Source: Neocallimastix sp. 'constans' (taxonomy: Eukaryota). From it: a DNA stretch of 64,000 nt. The translations under genes and the position numbers were made by a program. The notes beneath the pieces are model-generated. The model was not told the DNA's origin, ran no database searches, and saw only the letters and a program-made list of their open reading frames with translations. The stretch covers positions 496,001 to 560,000 of the forward strand of contig JBODTK010000012.1 of NCBI GenBank assembly GCA_050613775.1, given 5' to 3'. Of the stretch, positions 24,187-43,037 are shown piece after piece (within the stretch, counting starts at the first letter, position 1; each line of letters begins with the position of its first letter).

Positions 24187-25063
24187 TTTTTTTTTTATAT
24201 TATTAGTTATTATAAATATTTTAACTTATAATAAAATTAATAATGTTAGAATATATGAAAAATAAGCTTCAAAATGTATTGAAACAAATGATTAATATAT
24301 AAGCCACAATATATTAGTATAATAGCATTTAATTTAGAATAACTAAGTGCTTGTAACTCTATCATAAATAATAAAATTGACATAATTATAAACGTTATAT
24401 TCCTGACTCTTAAAATATAATATATATATATATATATATTTTTTTTTTACAATTTTATTTTTTATTCTTATTAATATTGTTTTTAATTTTAATTTCATTT
24501 ATTTAATTTAATTTTATTTTTATTTTATTTTATTTTATTTTTTTTATTTATATGTTTGTTTTTGCTTTTGGTTGTTTGATTTTTAAAATTTAATAATTTT
24601 TAATGAAGATTAATAATAATAATAATAATAATATATATATATATATAACGATTAGAGAAAAAAATACAAAAGGAATAAAAAAATTATATAAAAGATTTGC
24701 TTATATAAAAGGAAAAAAATAAAAATAGAAAAATCATCTATATTATTAATAACATTAATAATATTAAGATAAATAAAAAAAAAAAAAAAAATATAATAAT
24801 AAAAATAATAAAAAATAATTATATAATTTTTTTTTTATTTTTTTTAAAAAAAAAAGTTCTGTTATTTTGATATTGTTATGTATATATATATATATATTTT
24901 TTTTGTATATGAAAAAATAATTTAAATATATATACTTTATATGAAAAAAAAAAAAAAAAATAATTGAATATACATAATATATATATATATATTATTATTG
25001 TATTTATATAACATTTTTATCTTTTGATTAATATATATATATATATATTATTATTATTATTAT

Positions 25064-25118
<55 letters not shown>

Positions 25119-25161
25119 TTATTTAATTTTATTTTATTGTATTTTGGTTTAAATAAATAAA

Positions 25162-27705
<2,544 letters not shown>

Positions 27706-27711
27706 TTTTTA

Positions 27712-27742
<31 letters not shown>

Positions 27743-27778
27743 CTATGGTTTAAATATTAATTTATTTTTACGTTTTGA

Positions 27779-27826
<48 letters not shown>

Positions 27827-27981
27827 GATAGTACAATTTAAATTATATTATATATTTTTCTTTATGTTTTATTTTATTATATTTTATTTATTAATTTAAT
27901 TCTATTTTTTATTTATTGTTTTCTCAATGAAGGCTTTTTTTTTTTATAAAGCTTTAATTTATATTGTTTTCTTTATTAAAG

Positions 27982-28016
<35 letters not shown>

Positions 28017-28758
28017 TCCTTTATCTATTTCTGTTTTGGATTAAAAATATAGAAAATGGTCAAGAAATATATATATATAACAATAAAATAAATATGTATA
28101 TATAAGTTAGTATTAAACTTTATTTGCTTTTAAAATATATTATTAGCTTATATTATTATTTTCATTCTCATCCTTTTTCCCCCAAATTTCAATTAATAAT
28201 AAATATATATATGATCTTCTAAAAAATATCAATCATTAAAACCCAAATTATTATTAAATATCAATACTAAATTAATCTCTTTAATGAAAATGTTTTTTTA
28301 AATAAAAATAATATCAATTACAGAAAAAATAACCACTATATATGTTTGTATTATGAGTATATGATAAATTTCAGTAATTTTTAACTTCTATATTTTGTAA
28401 TATATATTCTTAACAATAAATTTATTATTATTATTATTATAGGATTTTTTGTTTCGTTTATTTCTATTTTTTATTTTTTTAAGAAAAAAAACATTAATTT
28501 TATCAATTATAATTTTCTTTTATTTCAAATTTATTGAACATTTTTATCATTATAATTTTAGGGATATATAAGAAATATTAAGGAATAAAAGATGATTCTA
28601 AAAAGGGATTATTTACTTTTTTTAATAAAATATATACATATATATAATAATAATAATAGTTTTTTTTATTACTTTAAATTAATATTTCGAAATATAATTC
28701 TTTTAATATTGATTGTTAAAATTTCTGTATTTGTCCTTTTCTTTTTCAAGAGAAAAAA

Positions 28759-28793
<35 letters not shown>

Positions 28794-30290
28794 GTTTTAT
28801 TATTATTATTTTTATTATTAATTTAATTATATTGTATTTTTTAATTATATTTTATTTTTATTAAAATAAATTTCTTTCTTTTTTTTTTTTTTTTATTTAT
28901 CTTTGGTTTATTTATTTCATAAGCTACTTAAAATAAAAAATGAAAAAAGAAAGAAAATAAAAAAATTATTGACAACAAAAATATATATATATATATATAA
29001 AATTCTTTATTCTTTTTTTTTTTATAAAAAAAAAAAAAATAAAAGTAATATTTTAAAATAATAAAATAATATATCAAAAAAAAAAAAAAAAAAAAACAAT
29101 TAGTCTTTTTTTATATATATATTACATACTAAAAAATTTAAAAAAAAAAAATTATATTAATTTATTATACATTTAATACTTTTATATATTTATTATATAA
29201 ATATATATTACATGTAATATATTAAATATTAAAAATTTTTTAATATTCTATTTTTATTATTTTTATTTTTATTTTTATTTATTTAATATTTATAATTATT
29301 AGTAACTGTATAATAATTAAAATTTTATTTAATAGTATTAAATATTTAATAAAAAAAAATTATAAAAAATAATCATTTATTAACATTAAATAGGACAAAA
29401 ATAAAGGTTTTTATATAAAATAAAGGTTTTTATATATAATAATTAATACTTCTAAATACAAGTTATAATAAAAATGATCAATATTGACTAATTACTGTGT
29501 AACTGTTTTAAATTTTAATATTTTATATTATTATTAAATTATAAAGAAAAGGTATTATTAAAGTTAAAAATATTATAAATATTTATACATATTTTTTTTT
29601 GCTAAAATTTAATTATAATGTTTTATTTTTTATCCTTTAAATTGATATTTCTTTATATATATATTATATTAAATTTAATTGCTCATTAATATTTTATTAA
29701 TTTATTATATTTTCTATATATATGTACAATATTTGTAATTAATTAAGTAGATTTTTATTCAAAATATTCAAATTTTTTCTTGTTCTTTATTTAATCTATA
29801 CTTATTCATTAATTACTATTATTATTTTATATTTAATAATAGTAATAATTAATTGATTATATTAATATATTATTAAATCATTTTTTTGTTTGATTTCAAT
29901 TTTATTTTATTCCTTTGTCACTGCTACTACTAATATTGTTTTTTTGTAATTATTATGTAGAGGTGATTTCTTTCATTTTATTCTTTTTTTTTTTATTTCT
30001 TTTTTATTAATTTAATCAAATCATCATTAAGATATATAATTTAATATACTTATTTATATGCAATAAGGAATATTTATTAATGATAATATTCATATATTTT
30101 TTTATCACTTTAATAAAAATGGCTATATAAATATATGATATTAAAAAAGTTTTTTTTTTTGCGCGTTAAAATAAAATATATAGTTTTATAATAATAAATA
30201 ATATAATATGCAATTAATGTAATAATATGAACAGAGTTGTAGACTAAAATATATATATTCATAATTTATTATTTAACTATAGTTTATAAT

Positions 30291-30662
30291 TAAATAATAA
30301 ATAATAAATAATAAATAATAAATAATAAATAACAAATAATAAATAATAAATAATAAATAATAAATAATAAATAATAAATAATAAATAATAAATAATAAAT
30401 AATAAATAATAAATAATAAATAATAAATAATAAATAATAAATAATAAATAATAAATAATAAATAATAAATAATAAATAATAAATAATAAATAATAAATAA
30501 TAAATAATAAATAATAAATAATAAATAATAAATAATAAATAATAAATAATAAATAATAAATAATAAATAATAAATAATAAATAATAAATAATAAATAATA
30601 AATAATAAATAATAAATAATAAATTATAAATAATAAATAATAAATAATAAATAATAAATATA
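30291..30662. repeat. (TAAATAA)n heptamer microsatellite
   Basis: About 370 bp of near-perfect 7-bp tandem repeat. Confidence 0.95.
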
Positions 30663-31390
30663 ATTATATAATTAAATAATTACTCTAAAAATTATAATTA
30701 TTTGTAATAATTTATGAAATAAATCATCATAAATATTAGAAATTTTATAATTATTATTATCATTAAAACATTTATATCTATATTATTATTATTATTATTA
30801 TTAAAATTTAAATTCTATTAAATAAAAAAAATTTTCACATGGAATAATTAATTATTATTTTTTTTTTTTGTGTTGCTTGAAGATTATTCGTTGAAAAGAA
30901 AATTGATACCAAGAAATCTCCAAAAAAAAAAAAAAAAAAAAAAAAATTTAAACATAAAAACTATAATTAAATAATAAAAAAAAAAAAGATGATATTTAAA
31001 AATTAGAAGATATAATATACAATATTATTAATATTATTAATTTTCAATGAATAAATATATATATAATAAGTAGTAAATTAGTTTATTTATATAATAATTT
31101 TTTTTTATATTTTTAAAACAAAAGTTAAATAAAAAATTTAAGTTATTAATATTTGTTGAATTTAATATTTTTTTTTTTTTTTCAAATATTTTTATTTTTT
31201 CATGATTTAAACAGTAATATTAATCTTATTATAAATTAACTAATTTTTATTATTATTATTATTTCTAAAAAAATAGAAAAAACTATTTTATACCATTTTT
31301 TTTTTATTTTTTTTTTTTATTTTCTACATAACTAAATTGATTAAAACTAAAAAATTAATAAAAATTTAAATTTATAAATTAAATAAATTT

Positions 31391-31878
31391 CTATAATAAA
31401 AAATCATCAATTTCATCGTTAATTGGTAATGGCTCATGAATTGTGATTTTATCATTAACTTGTAAGATAGAAGAAGAATCATCTTGAACATAATAGATAA
31501 GTTTTGTTTTTTTTTTAGGTGCTTCATTAACACTATTCTCATCATTATTAATTTTATCGTAATGATCTGATACTTTATTAGAAGGGTACGGCTTTCTGGT
31601 ATCATTAATACTATCATTATCATCATCAATAATAATAATATCATTGAACCCTTTTGTAGGTGTAGTGTGAAGGAATGATGATATTTTTTTATGCAAACTT
31701 AAACGTCTAATTTTATTATTATTAATTTCTTTGGTATATGAATTTGAAAATTTTATTTTTTTCTTTTTCATCCAAGATTCAATAGATGCTTCATATTGCC
31801 TATAAATATATATATATAAATATATAAATATATTAATATATAAATGTATGTAATTAATAATATAAGCTACTTCATTAC

Positions 31879-31910
<32 letters not shown>

Positions 31911-34201
31911 AATTTATTAAATAAAATTTAATTAAAGACATTTATATCAAATTAATAATTATATATGAGATAATAATCATTATTAGATGTAATATTTTTA
32001 TTAAAAGAGAAAAATAAAATTGAAATTGAGGTTTACCATATAGTATCTGAGGAATAACTATTAATTATATTTGCAAGATGATCAGCTTTCTGATATAAAG
32101 ATGGTAAAAACTGATTAAGTTTATTTGGAGTAAATGGTGAAGTTATTTGAGGTGATGGTTTAGGTTTGGGTTTGGATTTTATTTTTGCTTTTAACTTTGG
32201 TGTTGTAAATTGAGTGGATTCTTCGTCCTCTTCCTCATTATCTTCCTCTTCATCTGAATAATATTCATTATAATTTATTACTTTTCTTTTACGTCTACTA
32301 TATCGACCTTCTTCTTTAAATGGAAGGACAGAATCATTATTAAGGGTATCATAGATCCAATTGATAAAGCCGAAGGCTTCCTCGTATAATCCAAGATTTT
32401 CCATCATTTCAATTAACAGTTGAAACTTTTTTAATTTTCGACTAAATTTAAAAACTTCTTCTAAAAATTCATAATCCAAATTTTGACAACATTGATAACA
32501 TTTTTTCCAATCTGGATCCCTTTTAAGAATGTATTTATCTTTTAAGGGGGTTGGTGATCCCTGGTAATGATGTAGCTCCGGATAGTATAATTTATAATAT
32601 TTTTTATCATAGTTTAAAAGATGTCGTATGGCAAGTGCTGAAAAAATACATTTAAAATTATTTATAAGAGTGGCATTGATATCTAATGGAAAAAGTGCTA
32701 GAGGAGTATTAATGATAGTATAATCTTCGGTTGATGTCATTTCAATATAGAGCTTGGTATAATAACGACTTAATGAATAATAATAATTTAATTCTTTTTT
32801 ACTATTTAAATCTATTGGAAAGGAGGAAGAATGAAACATAGAAAATGAAGAAGAACATAGTGAAAAGGAAGAAAGATTCTTTGATGAATTATCAAAATTT
32901 AATTTTATATTAATTGGTATATAGGATAAAATGGATTTATCTTTATTGGTATAATTAATTAAATAGGTAATCATAATTTGTATAGCTTTTTCGACTAATT
33001 TATATCCAATATTTTTATTCTTATTTTTAAAATAATTAATAACACTCATAAAAACAGGCTGATAAATATGATATATTGTAATATTATTTATTATAAATTC
33101 CATAAATTCTTGTTTTTTAAATATTTTAGTAGCTGTGGAATAGGCCCATTCATAGGTGGGTAGATCTTTATATGGTTTTAATATGAAATGCTTTTTTAAT
33201 AATTTATAAGCCTATTAAATTTATTAACATAATTATAATAAAATATATATGTAAAGGAAAATTTGTTATTTATTTATTTAATTTATTATATATATATTAC
33301 TATTTTATATATGTTTCTCTATATATAAAAAAATGTTCATTATTGATTTTTAAAATTTAGAAAGCTACTTTTATATTTAAAAATTAATTTATTTACCTGA
33401 TAATAGGCATGATATTTATAACAAATTTTTATAAGTGATCTCAATATATTATTGATGTTAATTTTTTCAATACAAACATTGGTTATATATTCAAAAAAGA
33501 TTATACTTCAATTAAAATATAAAAATGGAATGTACATTTAATTAATTTATGAATATTTAATATTTAATATTTAATATTTAATATTTAATATTTAATATTT
33601 AAAATTTGAAATTTGAAATTTGAAATTTGAAATTTGAAATTAGAAATTTGAAATTGAAATTTAAAATTTATAATGAAAATTTAGTTTTCAATTTATTATT
33701 ATTATTTTTAAAAGAAAATATATATATATATATAATGAATATATATTACTTATTTAAATAACTGGGTATATAAGAAGGTATTACTTGGAATGGATCTTTT
33801 TCATTTTCTTCGTTGTTTTCTTCATTATTATTATGCTTATTAATTGTATCCGCTAGAGCAAAGGATGCTAATTCTCTTAATGACAAAATATGATTTTCAT
33901 TAATTAATGAGCGATAAGAATCTTGATTTTCATTTAAATCAACATTTCTTTTATAATATTCATTCCAGAGTCTATTGACTGCATATTGATAACAACTTTT
34001 TAATGAAATGATATTATTTTTCAGTGGTGAAGTTAAAATTTTTAAATCATTTATTTTACTTCTTGAATGTGAAACATATGATTTACCATTAGATACGATA
34101 ATTTCTTGAAAGGAAGATGGTGATTCTGTTTCATACTTTTTTAAATAGGCTAATTTTGTTTGTATTTGTCTTAAAAGACTTTTATTTTTCATTTCTTCCA
34201 T
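31391..34201 (-). CDS. Hypothetical protein, 4 exons, probably nuclear (basic and acidic tracts)
   Basis: Exons 34201-33750, 33505-33397, 33211-32037 and 31799-31391 join in frame via GT-AG introns. Contains RYSRRKRKVINYNE, an acidic stretch, and WQYEASIESW across the last junction. No family recognised. Confidence 0.8.
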
Positions 34202-35011
34202 TTTTTAATTTTTTTTTTTTTTTTTTTTTTTAAATATAATATAAAAGACTTAAAAAACTATTATAAATAAATTAAATTTTATATACAAACATTTATCAGA
34301 TTATAAAATAATCTTATATCATAATACTTATATTTAATATTAAGATTTTTTATTCATTATATTAAAAATGAATTAAAATTGAAATTCATTCATTAGATTC
34401 ATATGTTTTTTTTTTTTTTTTTATAATAGAGTAAATAATCTAGTCGATATAAAAATTTTGTTTATAAATTTATTCTGTCATAATGTCAAAGTATCTTAAA
34501 TTTTAAGATTTAAAATAATATTAATCAATTTAATTCTTTAATAAAAAAAAAATATTAACAGTGTTTTTGATAATTTGAAATAATAATTTTATAATTATTT
34601 ATAATATCTTTATTTTTTTATTATTTTTTCATTTATTATTTATTTATTATTTATTTATTATTTATTTATTATTTATATATTATATTTGTTATTTATTTAA
34701 TTATTTATTTAATTATTTATTTATTTATTATAATTTAATAATAATTGTCAATTTATGATTGGTAACAAAATTTTAATAATTATTATACTTTATTTTTAAA
34801 TATCTATGAAGTCTATTAACCTGAAAATATTTAATTATATTACCAGAATTTTAGTAATAATTAAAATATAAAAAATTTACTACTAACTTTAATTATTATT
34901 ATATAAATAAAATAAAATAAAATAATAAAAATATCAAAACAAAAAGATTTTTTTTTCTTAAAAAAAATATTAATAAATAATAATAGATATAAATAAAGAA
35001 ATTAAATAGAT

Positions 35012-35052
<41 letters not shown>

Positions 35053-35512
35053 TAAAATAAAAAAAGGTAAAATAGTGTAATCAATGAAAAATTAAAAATA
35101 TTGAAAGTATAATATAAATAATATAGAATACTAATATATTAAATTTTTCTCTGAAAAAGTTTTCATATATATATTAATAAATATAAATTAAATATAAATA
35201 TGAAAAGATGGTTTGACAAATTTTATTAATACTGAATGAACTTTAAATAATTAAATGATTTAAATATGTATAAATACAGATATTTTTATTAAAATAATAA
35301 CAAATAAATTTAAATTTTGTATTATTTTTGTTTAATTATTAATAGTGTATTATTCACATGAAATAAAATATTAAAGATTATTTTCCATTTAATGATTTTT
35401 CAATTTTTTAATAATTCATAAATAATATATTTAATTTATTTATTTTTTTTATTTTCATATATATAAATATATACATATATTTTATGTATTATAAATATAG
35501 TGTATAATAAAA

Positions 35513-36768
35513 ATGGAAGAAAAGAAAAAGATGTTTTTTGAATCCGGTATATATATAATTTAATTTAATATAGTCATTAAATTTCATTTAAACTCAATAA
35601 TATTAATATTTATTATTTTTTTTAAAAATATTATATAAATATTAAATATTAAATTATTATTGAAAATATAATGTGAAATATTTAAAATTATATATTCAAA
35701 AATAATAATACAATAACAACGAAAACAAACAAAATAAATAATTGCTCTATCGTTATAAATATTACTATCATTAAAAAAAAAAAAAAAAAATGAAATTATA
35801 AATAGTTGAGGATTTAACGATTAAAAAGTACTCTAATGTTGATGTTCAATATGCTCTTGAAAAAGCCATTAGCAAAGTAATAATATATTTTACAAATAAA
35901 ATAAGGCAAAATGAAATAAAATTAAATAAAAGATCTAAATATAAATATTGAATAGTTTAATTTAAATAACTAAAATATTATATATATTTTTTATGCAAAA
36001 ACAAATTAAATATATTTAATATATACAATAAAGTTATTCACTAAGATTTATGGATATACAGAAGATCATAAACACAGTAACATTTATTTAATTCTAGGTT
36101 ACACAGCTAGCATTATTGCTGGTGCTGCTAGTCTTTATTCATATATCAAACCTTTTAATGAATGTAAAGGAATATTAACTGTCTCAGTTTTATTGTAAAT
36201 TTTCATTTTATTTATACTATTAAAATAGATATTATATAAATATATTATTTCAATATAAAAGTCATAGCCTAATTCGAGTCTTCATTATATTAATAGATAT
36301 TTCATCTTAGGAGGTATAATAACCCTTTACAATAAATTTGTTAAAAAGAACGAAGTTTTCAATGGAAGTAAAAAGGAAGAAAAAGATGTATGATAAAAAA
36401 TATTAATATTTATATATTAAAAAAAAATTTTTTATATCATATTTTTATATCAATATATGATACTCTATACCAAAAAAATACAATAATAGAAAGAGTAAAA
36501 ATTAAAAAATATATTTTATTTATATATATATATAATAAAAATATATATGTTTGTATATAAATATAAAAAGGTTAAATATATTACTGTTAGTCTTCAGAAT
36601 AAAAAATACAGTGATATTGTAGAAATTACCATTGAATTAAAAAACAGTCTTCTTAATTCTACCAAGACTTTAAAGAAATCATATGGTAGTTGGTTTGATG
36701 AAGAAGGTAAATTTGTTGCCAGCGCTTTCTTAAAGGATATTGAATATATATTAGAAAAGAAACAGTAA
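35513..36768 (+). CDS. SPC2: Signal peptidase complex subunit 2 (SPC25/SPCS2 family), 5 exons
   Basis: Exons 35513-35546, 35806-35876, 36034-36194, 36297-36387 and 36571-36768 join in frame. Sequence YGYTEDHKHSNILLILGYTASIIAG, two TM helices, and C-terminal KSYGSWFDEEG are typical of the family. Confidence 0.85.
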
Positions 36769-37449
36769 ATTGAACTGAAAAAAATTAAAATAGTCATGAT
36801 AATAATAATGAATGAATAATAATAATAAAAAAATAAAAAATAAAAAAATAAAAAATAAAAATAACATATATATAATAAAATAACATATATAATAAAATAA
36901 CATATATATAATAAAAATAAAGTTAAATTAATAAATAAATAGCTAAGTAATAATTATGTCTTTTAAATATATCTTTATTTTATTATTTAATTTTCAAAAA
37001 AAAAAAAAAGTTTTTTTTTTTTTTATTTATTTATTTTTATTTCTATTATTAAGAAATGATAAAACTCGAAATTTTAATACAAATTGAAAAAAAAAGAAAA
37101 AAATTTTATTGCAAAAAAAATATATATATATATATATATAAAAAGAAAGGAAAACAGTAATACAATTATAAAATATAATAGAAAAAAAAATTTTTTTTAA
37201 AAAAAAAAAAAAAATAAAATAAATAAAATTATACGTACATAAAAAAAATAAGCAAATGAAAATATTTTATTATGAGGCAAGATATAGCATTAAAATTATT
37301 AAAAAATAAAATTTTTTATAATATATACGATTAAATTTTTAACTATTATTGTTTATTCTTTCAATAAAATAGAATGTATTTATTTTAATAAATAGAAAAT
37401 GTAGTTTTCTGTTTGGGGTTTAAAGGAATATATTAATGATCCATAATAT

Positions 37450-37480
<31 letters not shown>

Positions 37481-38158
37481 TTGGGGGGATAACAAAAGAG
37501 AAAATAAGAAAAATCAACTCTTTGGTTCTATCTATTGAAAGATTCCTATTTTATCAATTGTAATCTATCTACATTTATTTATTTATTTATTTATATATTT
37601 TCACATCTTATTAAGATATAATAAAAAAAAAATATTATAGCTTAATAAAATGATTGGTTTATAAATGAAGTATCAATATATTAGAATTAAATTGTAATAT
37701 ATTTGTAGACTTCAAAATAATATAAATTTTAATATTTAATTAATATATTTTAATATCTAAAGTTTTTTTTTTTCCTTCTTTGCACTTAATAAAAAAAAAT
37801 TTTTTTATAAAAAATCATTCCAATGAAGTAAAATATAAATATTATTTTCTTAATGATTAATAAAATTCTTTTTCTTTTTTTTTTTTTAATAAACAAATAC
37901 TAAAGGAAATTCATTTTATATAAAGAAGAAAATATATATATATTTTTGAACCAATTATTTGAATATCAATCAATTTTTTTTTTAATAAAAAAAGAAAAGA
38001 AGATAACATTAATATTATCAAAAATTTCATCAATTATTTAAACATATTTATCATATATATACGTATAATTTACATTTATATATATATATTTTTTATATAT
38101 ATATTTAATTTTATTTAATTAAACATAAAAAAATAGAGAATAATAATACACACCACAA

Positions 38159-41100
38159 ATGTCAACTATGCTTGGTATTAAGAAAGAATTTTCAAAGAAT
38201 TTTGAAGAAGAATCTGAAACTTATTTAAATAGTTTACAGCAATTTGAAAAAATTCAGCTTGAAAAAAATGCGGTTAATAAAGGAATTAATACTCCTTTTG
38301 TGGATGAAATTAAGGGAAATAATTTAAAAGATTGGACCTCATATACCTATCAAAAATATTTTACTTTTCAAAGTAGACAATATCTCAGCAGAACAGATTC
38401 AGAGATTGCAAGAGAATCTTCAAAACAAAATCTTCAAGAATTAGAGAAAGTTTTAAAAGATGTTTTATTAAATGATAAGGACAATGATAGTCTTAATGTT
38501 AATATTAGTAGCAGTGAATTAGATTTATCAAAAGTTATTGGAGATGTGAATAAAATGGTTAGTGATTGGATTTCGCAACCAGTTTTGAAATCAACTTTTG
38601 AAGATCTTAGTATTATTGAAGTTGATCAAGTTTACAGAGATTTTCTTCTTTCTTCTGATAAACCAGTGGTTACTAGTTTATTACAACTTTTAGAAAAATT
38701 AGAGAATGATAAAGCAAGTTTAAAAATCAATAATCAAGATTTTGGATTATTAAAGCCTTCCCTTATTTCTGAAGGTATTGAAGAATTAAAGAATATGACA
38801 GATCGTTTTAATAAGAATCAATATAATTCTATTATTCGAGAAATTAATTCTTTAAATTCACTTATTGAAAAAATAAAGGATTCTTTTGATAAAACTATAA
38901 AGTAAATATAAAAAAATAAAAATAAAAATAATTTTATTACTATTTTTATAAGTTATTATTGTTTTCATCAATTATTTTAACAAATATTATTAAATATATT
39001 AATATTAATGAAAAAATAAAATTTTATTACAATTTAATAATGATAAAATAATATTTTTTTAAAAAATAATTATTAAATTGAAAATTAATCAAAATAATTT
39101 TAATAAATAGAAATGAAGGTGAAAAGATTTGGTCATTTTCAAATGATTTATTATCATTCTGGGAAAATATTAAAAAGAAGAGTGGTGAGGGGGAAACTAC
39201 AAAGAGAAAAATTGTTAATTTATTTAAAGATATCAATAGTAACCTTATTCCAAAGTTTACTGATTATTGGAATGACAATGTTGCTTCTCATATTAAAAAG
39301 GGTAAGAAGAAAAAGAATGCTGATAGCTTTATGAAAGATAAAACTGATGAAGAAATTTTAGAATATATGGATAAAACATTTGAAGATTTCTTTAATAATA
39401 TGACTTTATATAATAAAAAATGGAGAGATGAAGTAATTTTAAAAATCATTGATCAACAAAGAGATTTAATTAAGGAAATTATTGATAAATTAGTGTCATC
39501 CTTAAGCCTTGAAAAGGAACGACTCACCAAGAGTGTAGAAGGTGAAAATAATGATTCCAAAGAACAAAATGAATTATTGAAACGTTGTGAAACCCAATTA
39601 GGAAATTGTATTAAAGTTCAAGAAAATTGGGAAGGACTAGTTAAAGATTTAATTAACACTAGTGATGAACAACAAAAGAATTTAGAAGAACAATATAATG
39701 AAATTATTGCTGAATATAAAAAATCAATTAATCTTACAGGACGTTTAGAAAAAGTAAATAAGAAGGACTTTATGAAAAAAATTAAGGCTATTGAAAATCA
39801 ATCAAATAGTAATCGTTCTAAAGATTTATTGAACGAACTATTTGCTCTTCATAATTTCGATGAACCCATCTTAGAAACTTTAATTTGTTTATTACAAGAA
39901 GGAGAATGGAACGAAAAACAATTTGTTCAAACAAAGTATGCGTCTATTCAAGGAAATCAAAAATATAATGAATTAAAGGAAAAGAGAAAGGATATTTTAA
40001 CTCGTTGTCAAAATGAAATTATGGCCGGTTTTATTTATATGGGTATTAAGTTAGATAGTATGTTTATTGAAGAATCTTGTCGTATGACAGAAACATCTCT
40101 TACTTTTCAAAAACTTGGTATTTCTGTTTCTAGTTCTAAAAAAAATAAAAAGAAGAAGAATAAGAAGAAGAAGTCTGGCTCAGCTTCAGCTTCTGCTAAT
40201 GCTTCAACTAATGTTTCCACAGCTAATTCAGAAGAAGATTTAACTGAATCTACTGTTGATACACCAGAACCAGAAACTTTTGAAGCGCCAGTAGAAGTAG
40301 TTGAAGTTAAATCAAAGAAAGCTACTACCCCAGCTCGTACTAAAGTTAATGCTCATGCACAAGTCCAATCATCAAAGGCTGAAATAACTGAAAATTTAAT
40401 TAAAAAATCCATTGCTGCCTCTGAAAAAATTATTAAAAAGGAATCTGAAAATGCTGAAAAGAAACAAAGTAAAATGCTTTTCACTGATATTGTTAATAAA
40501 CCAGCCCCACCACCTGTTGAAAAGAAAGTTACAAATAAAAAGACAGTTACTGCTGCTTCTCCATCCACACCAACGTCAACTACTGGTACTGAAAAGCATG
40601 TTAAATCTACTTCTGTTGAAGAAAAGAAAACTAAGCAATCAACTAAAAAGACAGTTCTTCCTCCAGCTCAGTCAAAACCACAACCAAAACCACAACCAAA
40701 ACCTCAACAAGAAATTAAGGCTGAACAAGTAAATCAAAATGAGGAAAAGAAAGAACAACCAAAACCAAAGCCAAAACAGAAGGAAATTAAACCTACACAA
40801 CCATCAATGGTAGAAGAAAAACCAAAAGAAGAAGTAAAAGAAGAAAAGCATGAAGAAAAGCAACCCCAAGAAAAACCACAGGAAAGCTCTCAAGAACCAA
40901 AAGAAGAACCAAAAGAAGAACCAAAAGAAGAACTAAAAGAAATTGAATCCAAACAAGAAATAAAGGATGAAGAAGAAGAAAAAGAAAAAGATGTCGCAAT
41001 TCCAAAGAGTGAATTCATTAATGAAAATGTATTTACTAATGGCGCTAGTCAAAAGGAACCTTCTGAAGAATTTAATCTTTTCAAACCACATGATGATTTA

Positions 41101-42519
41101 TTAACTCCAAAAACTACAGTTCCATTAAATATGTCAAATATATCATTTACTGATGCTCCAACCACCACAACTTCTACCTCAGCTACCTCAACTACTATTC
41201 CAATAACCACTTCAAGTTTCTCACCATTTGTTGGTAGTAACAACAATAGCCAATTCAATATTGCTGCTGCACTTTTAAATAGTAGTAATACTAACAGTAC
41301 TAATGCTAGTAATCTTTCACCAAGCAGTTCCTTCTTTAATATGCCTGTCGATCCACAATTAGCCTTCCTTTTAGCTGGAAATGAACCTGCTCCCGTAACC
41401 CCACCTTTCATTGATATGGGTCAATCCAAGGAGCAACTTATTCTTCTCATCAACCATTTACAAAATGAAAATCAACAATTGAAGCTTACCTACTCTAAGC
41501 TTCTTCAACAAGCTCAACAAATAACCAATCAAAAATGTCAAGAAGTTTCTAATATGGCCATTGAATTAAGCCATTTAAAACTTCAATATATTGAAAAAAG
41601 TCATCAATGTTCTACTCTTGAGGATGAACTTAAAATTCAAAAGATGATTAATCAAGAAAAGGTTAATACAATTGAAAATTTAAAGGTAAAGATGGATGGT
41701 CTTCTTCATCATCGTTCTTCCTCCGGTTTAGGTGGTCGTGCCAATAGTGAAGGAGGTAGTGGTAACAGTAATATTTATCGTCCACCAAAGATGAGAAACA
41801 ATAATGCTGGTGGTAGTAACACCACTGGTAGTGGTTTCCATCACTACAATAAAAATGCTGGCGGAGATAAAACAGGTAGTTTTAGCTCCGGTCGTTCAGG
41901 TAGTCACAATAATAAGTTTAGTTTTTCTAAATCTGGTAGTAATAGTGGTTCCCATTCTGGTAGTAAGCCACCAGGTTTTGAACATAATGGATGGCGTAAG
42001 CAAAACTCTAAATCTTCTACACATGGTCATGGCTATCACCATCCAAATTCTGGTTATGCCAACAGTACAGTCGCCCATAAGAAAGAAGAAGAAGATCACA
42101 GTATTCCAACCTCTAATATTTTTGCTAGTTTAAATGATGATGAACATGACAGTGACAGTATATTAAGTGAAAGTCAAGAAAATATTGAAGGAAGAAAAGA
42201 AGAAAAAGTAAGCAATGAAGTTGAAGTTAAAGAAGAAAAGGTTGAAGTAGAAGAAGAAGGGGAAGAAAAAGTTGAAAATAAAATCATGGTTCAAGAACCA
42301 GAACCAGAATCAAGTCAAAATCAAAGTCCAGAATCTGTTGAAGCCAATAAAATAGAAGATACTGATGCAGAAACTGCTGAATCCGTTACTAAAGATCAAG
42401 CACTCAAAGAAATTGAAAATGAAACAGCCGCTGCTCCAGCCGTGCCTGTAGTACCAGAGCCGGAACCTATGCCAGAAATAGAGGCTACCACAACCTCTGC
42501 AGCTGAATTATTAGGATAA
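38159..42519 (+). CDS. Large hypothetical protein (1383 aa): helical N-terminus, Lys-rich motif, disordered linker, coiled coil, Gly/Ser/His-rich region, acidic tail
   Basis: ORFs 38159-38905 and 39331-42519 are joined by a phase-2 intron at 38902-39110 (GT...TAG). Exon 2 is open from 39111. Codon usage is host-like. Confidence 0.85.
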
Positions 42520-42604
42520 AATTGAAGAAAACCAATTTTTAAAAAAAGTTTTATAAAAATAAATTATTTAAAAGTTAAATAGAACCAAAGATAAAAATAA
42601 AAAA

Positions 42605-42640
<36 letters not shown>

Positions 42641-42994
42641 AAATTGAATGGAATTAAAGATAGTATATATATATATATATATATTAAAAATATTAAAAAA
42701 AGAAAATTAATCAAATATTATCTATATATAGAATCCATTGTTCGTAATTTATATATATATAATTGAAAAATTATCTTAAATATATATATATATTTTTTTA
42801 AGATAATTTATTTTTTAATTTTTTATTTTATTTCCAAATTTATTATTTTTTTCTTTTAAAAAAAAATTTTTTTTTTCTTTCTTTTTTTTTTTTTTTTTTA
42901 TTAATTTTTATTTTTTATTTTTATTTTTATTTTTATTTTTATTTTTATTTTTATTTTTATTTTTATTTTTATTTTTATTTTAATATATATTTAT

Positions 42995-43037
<43 letters not shown>

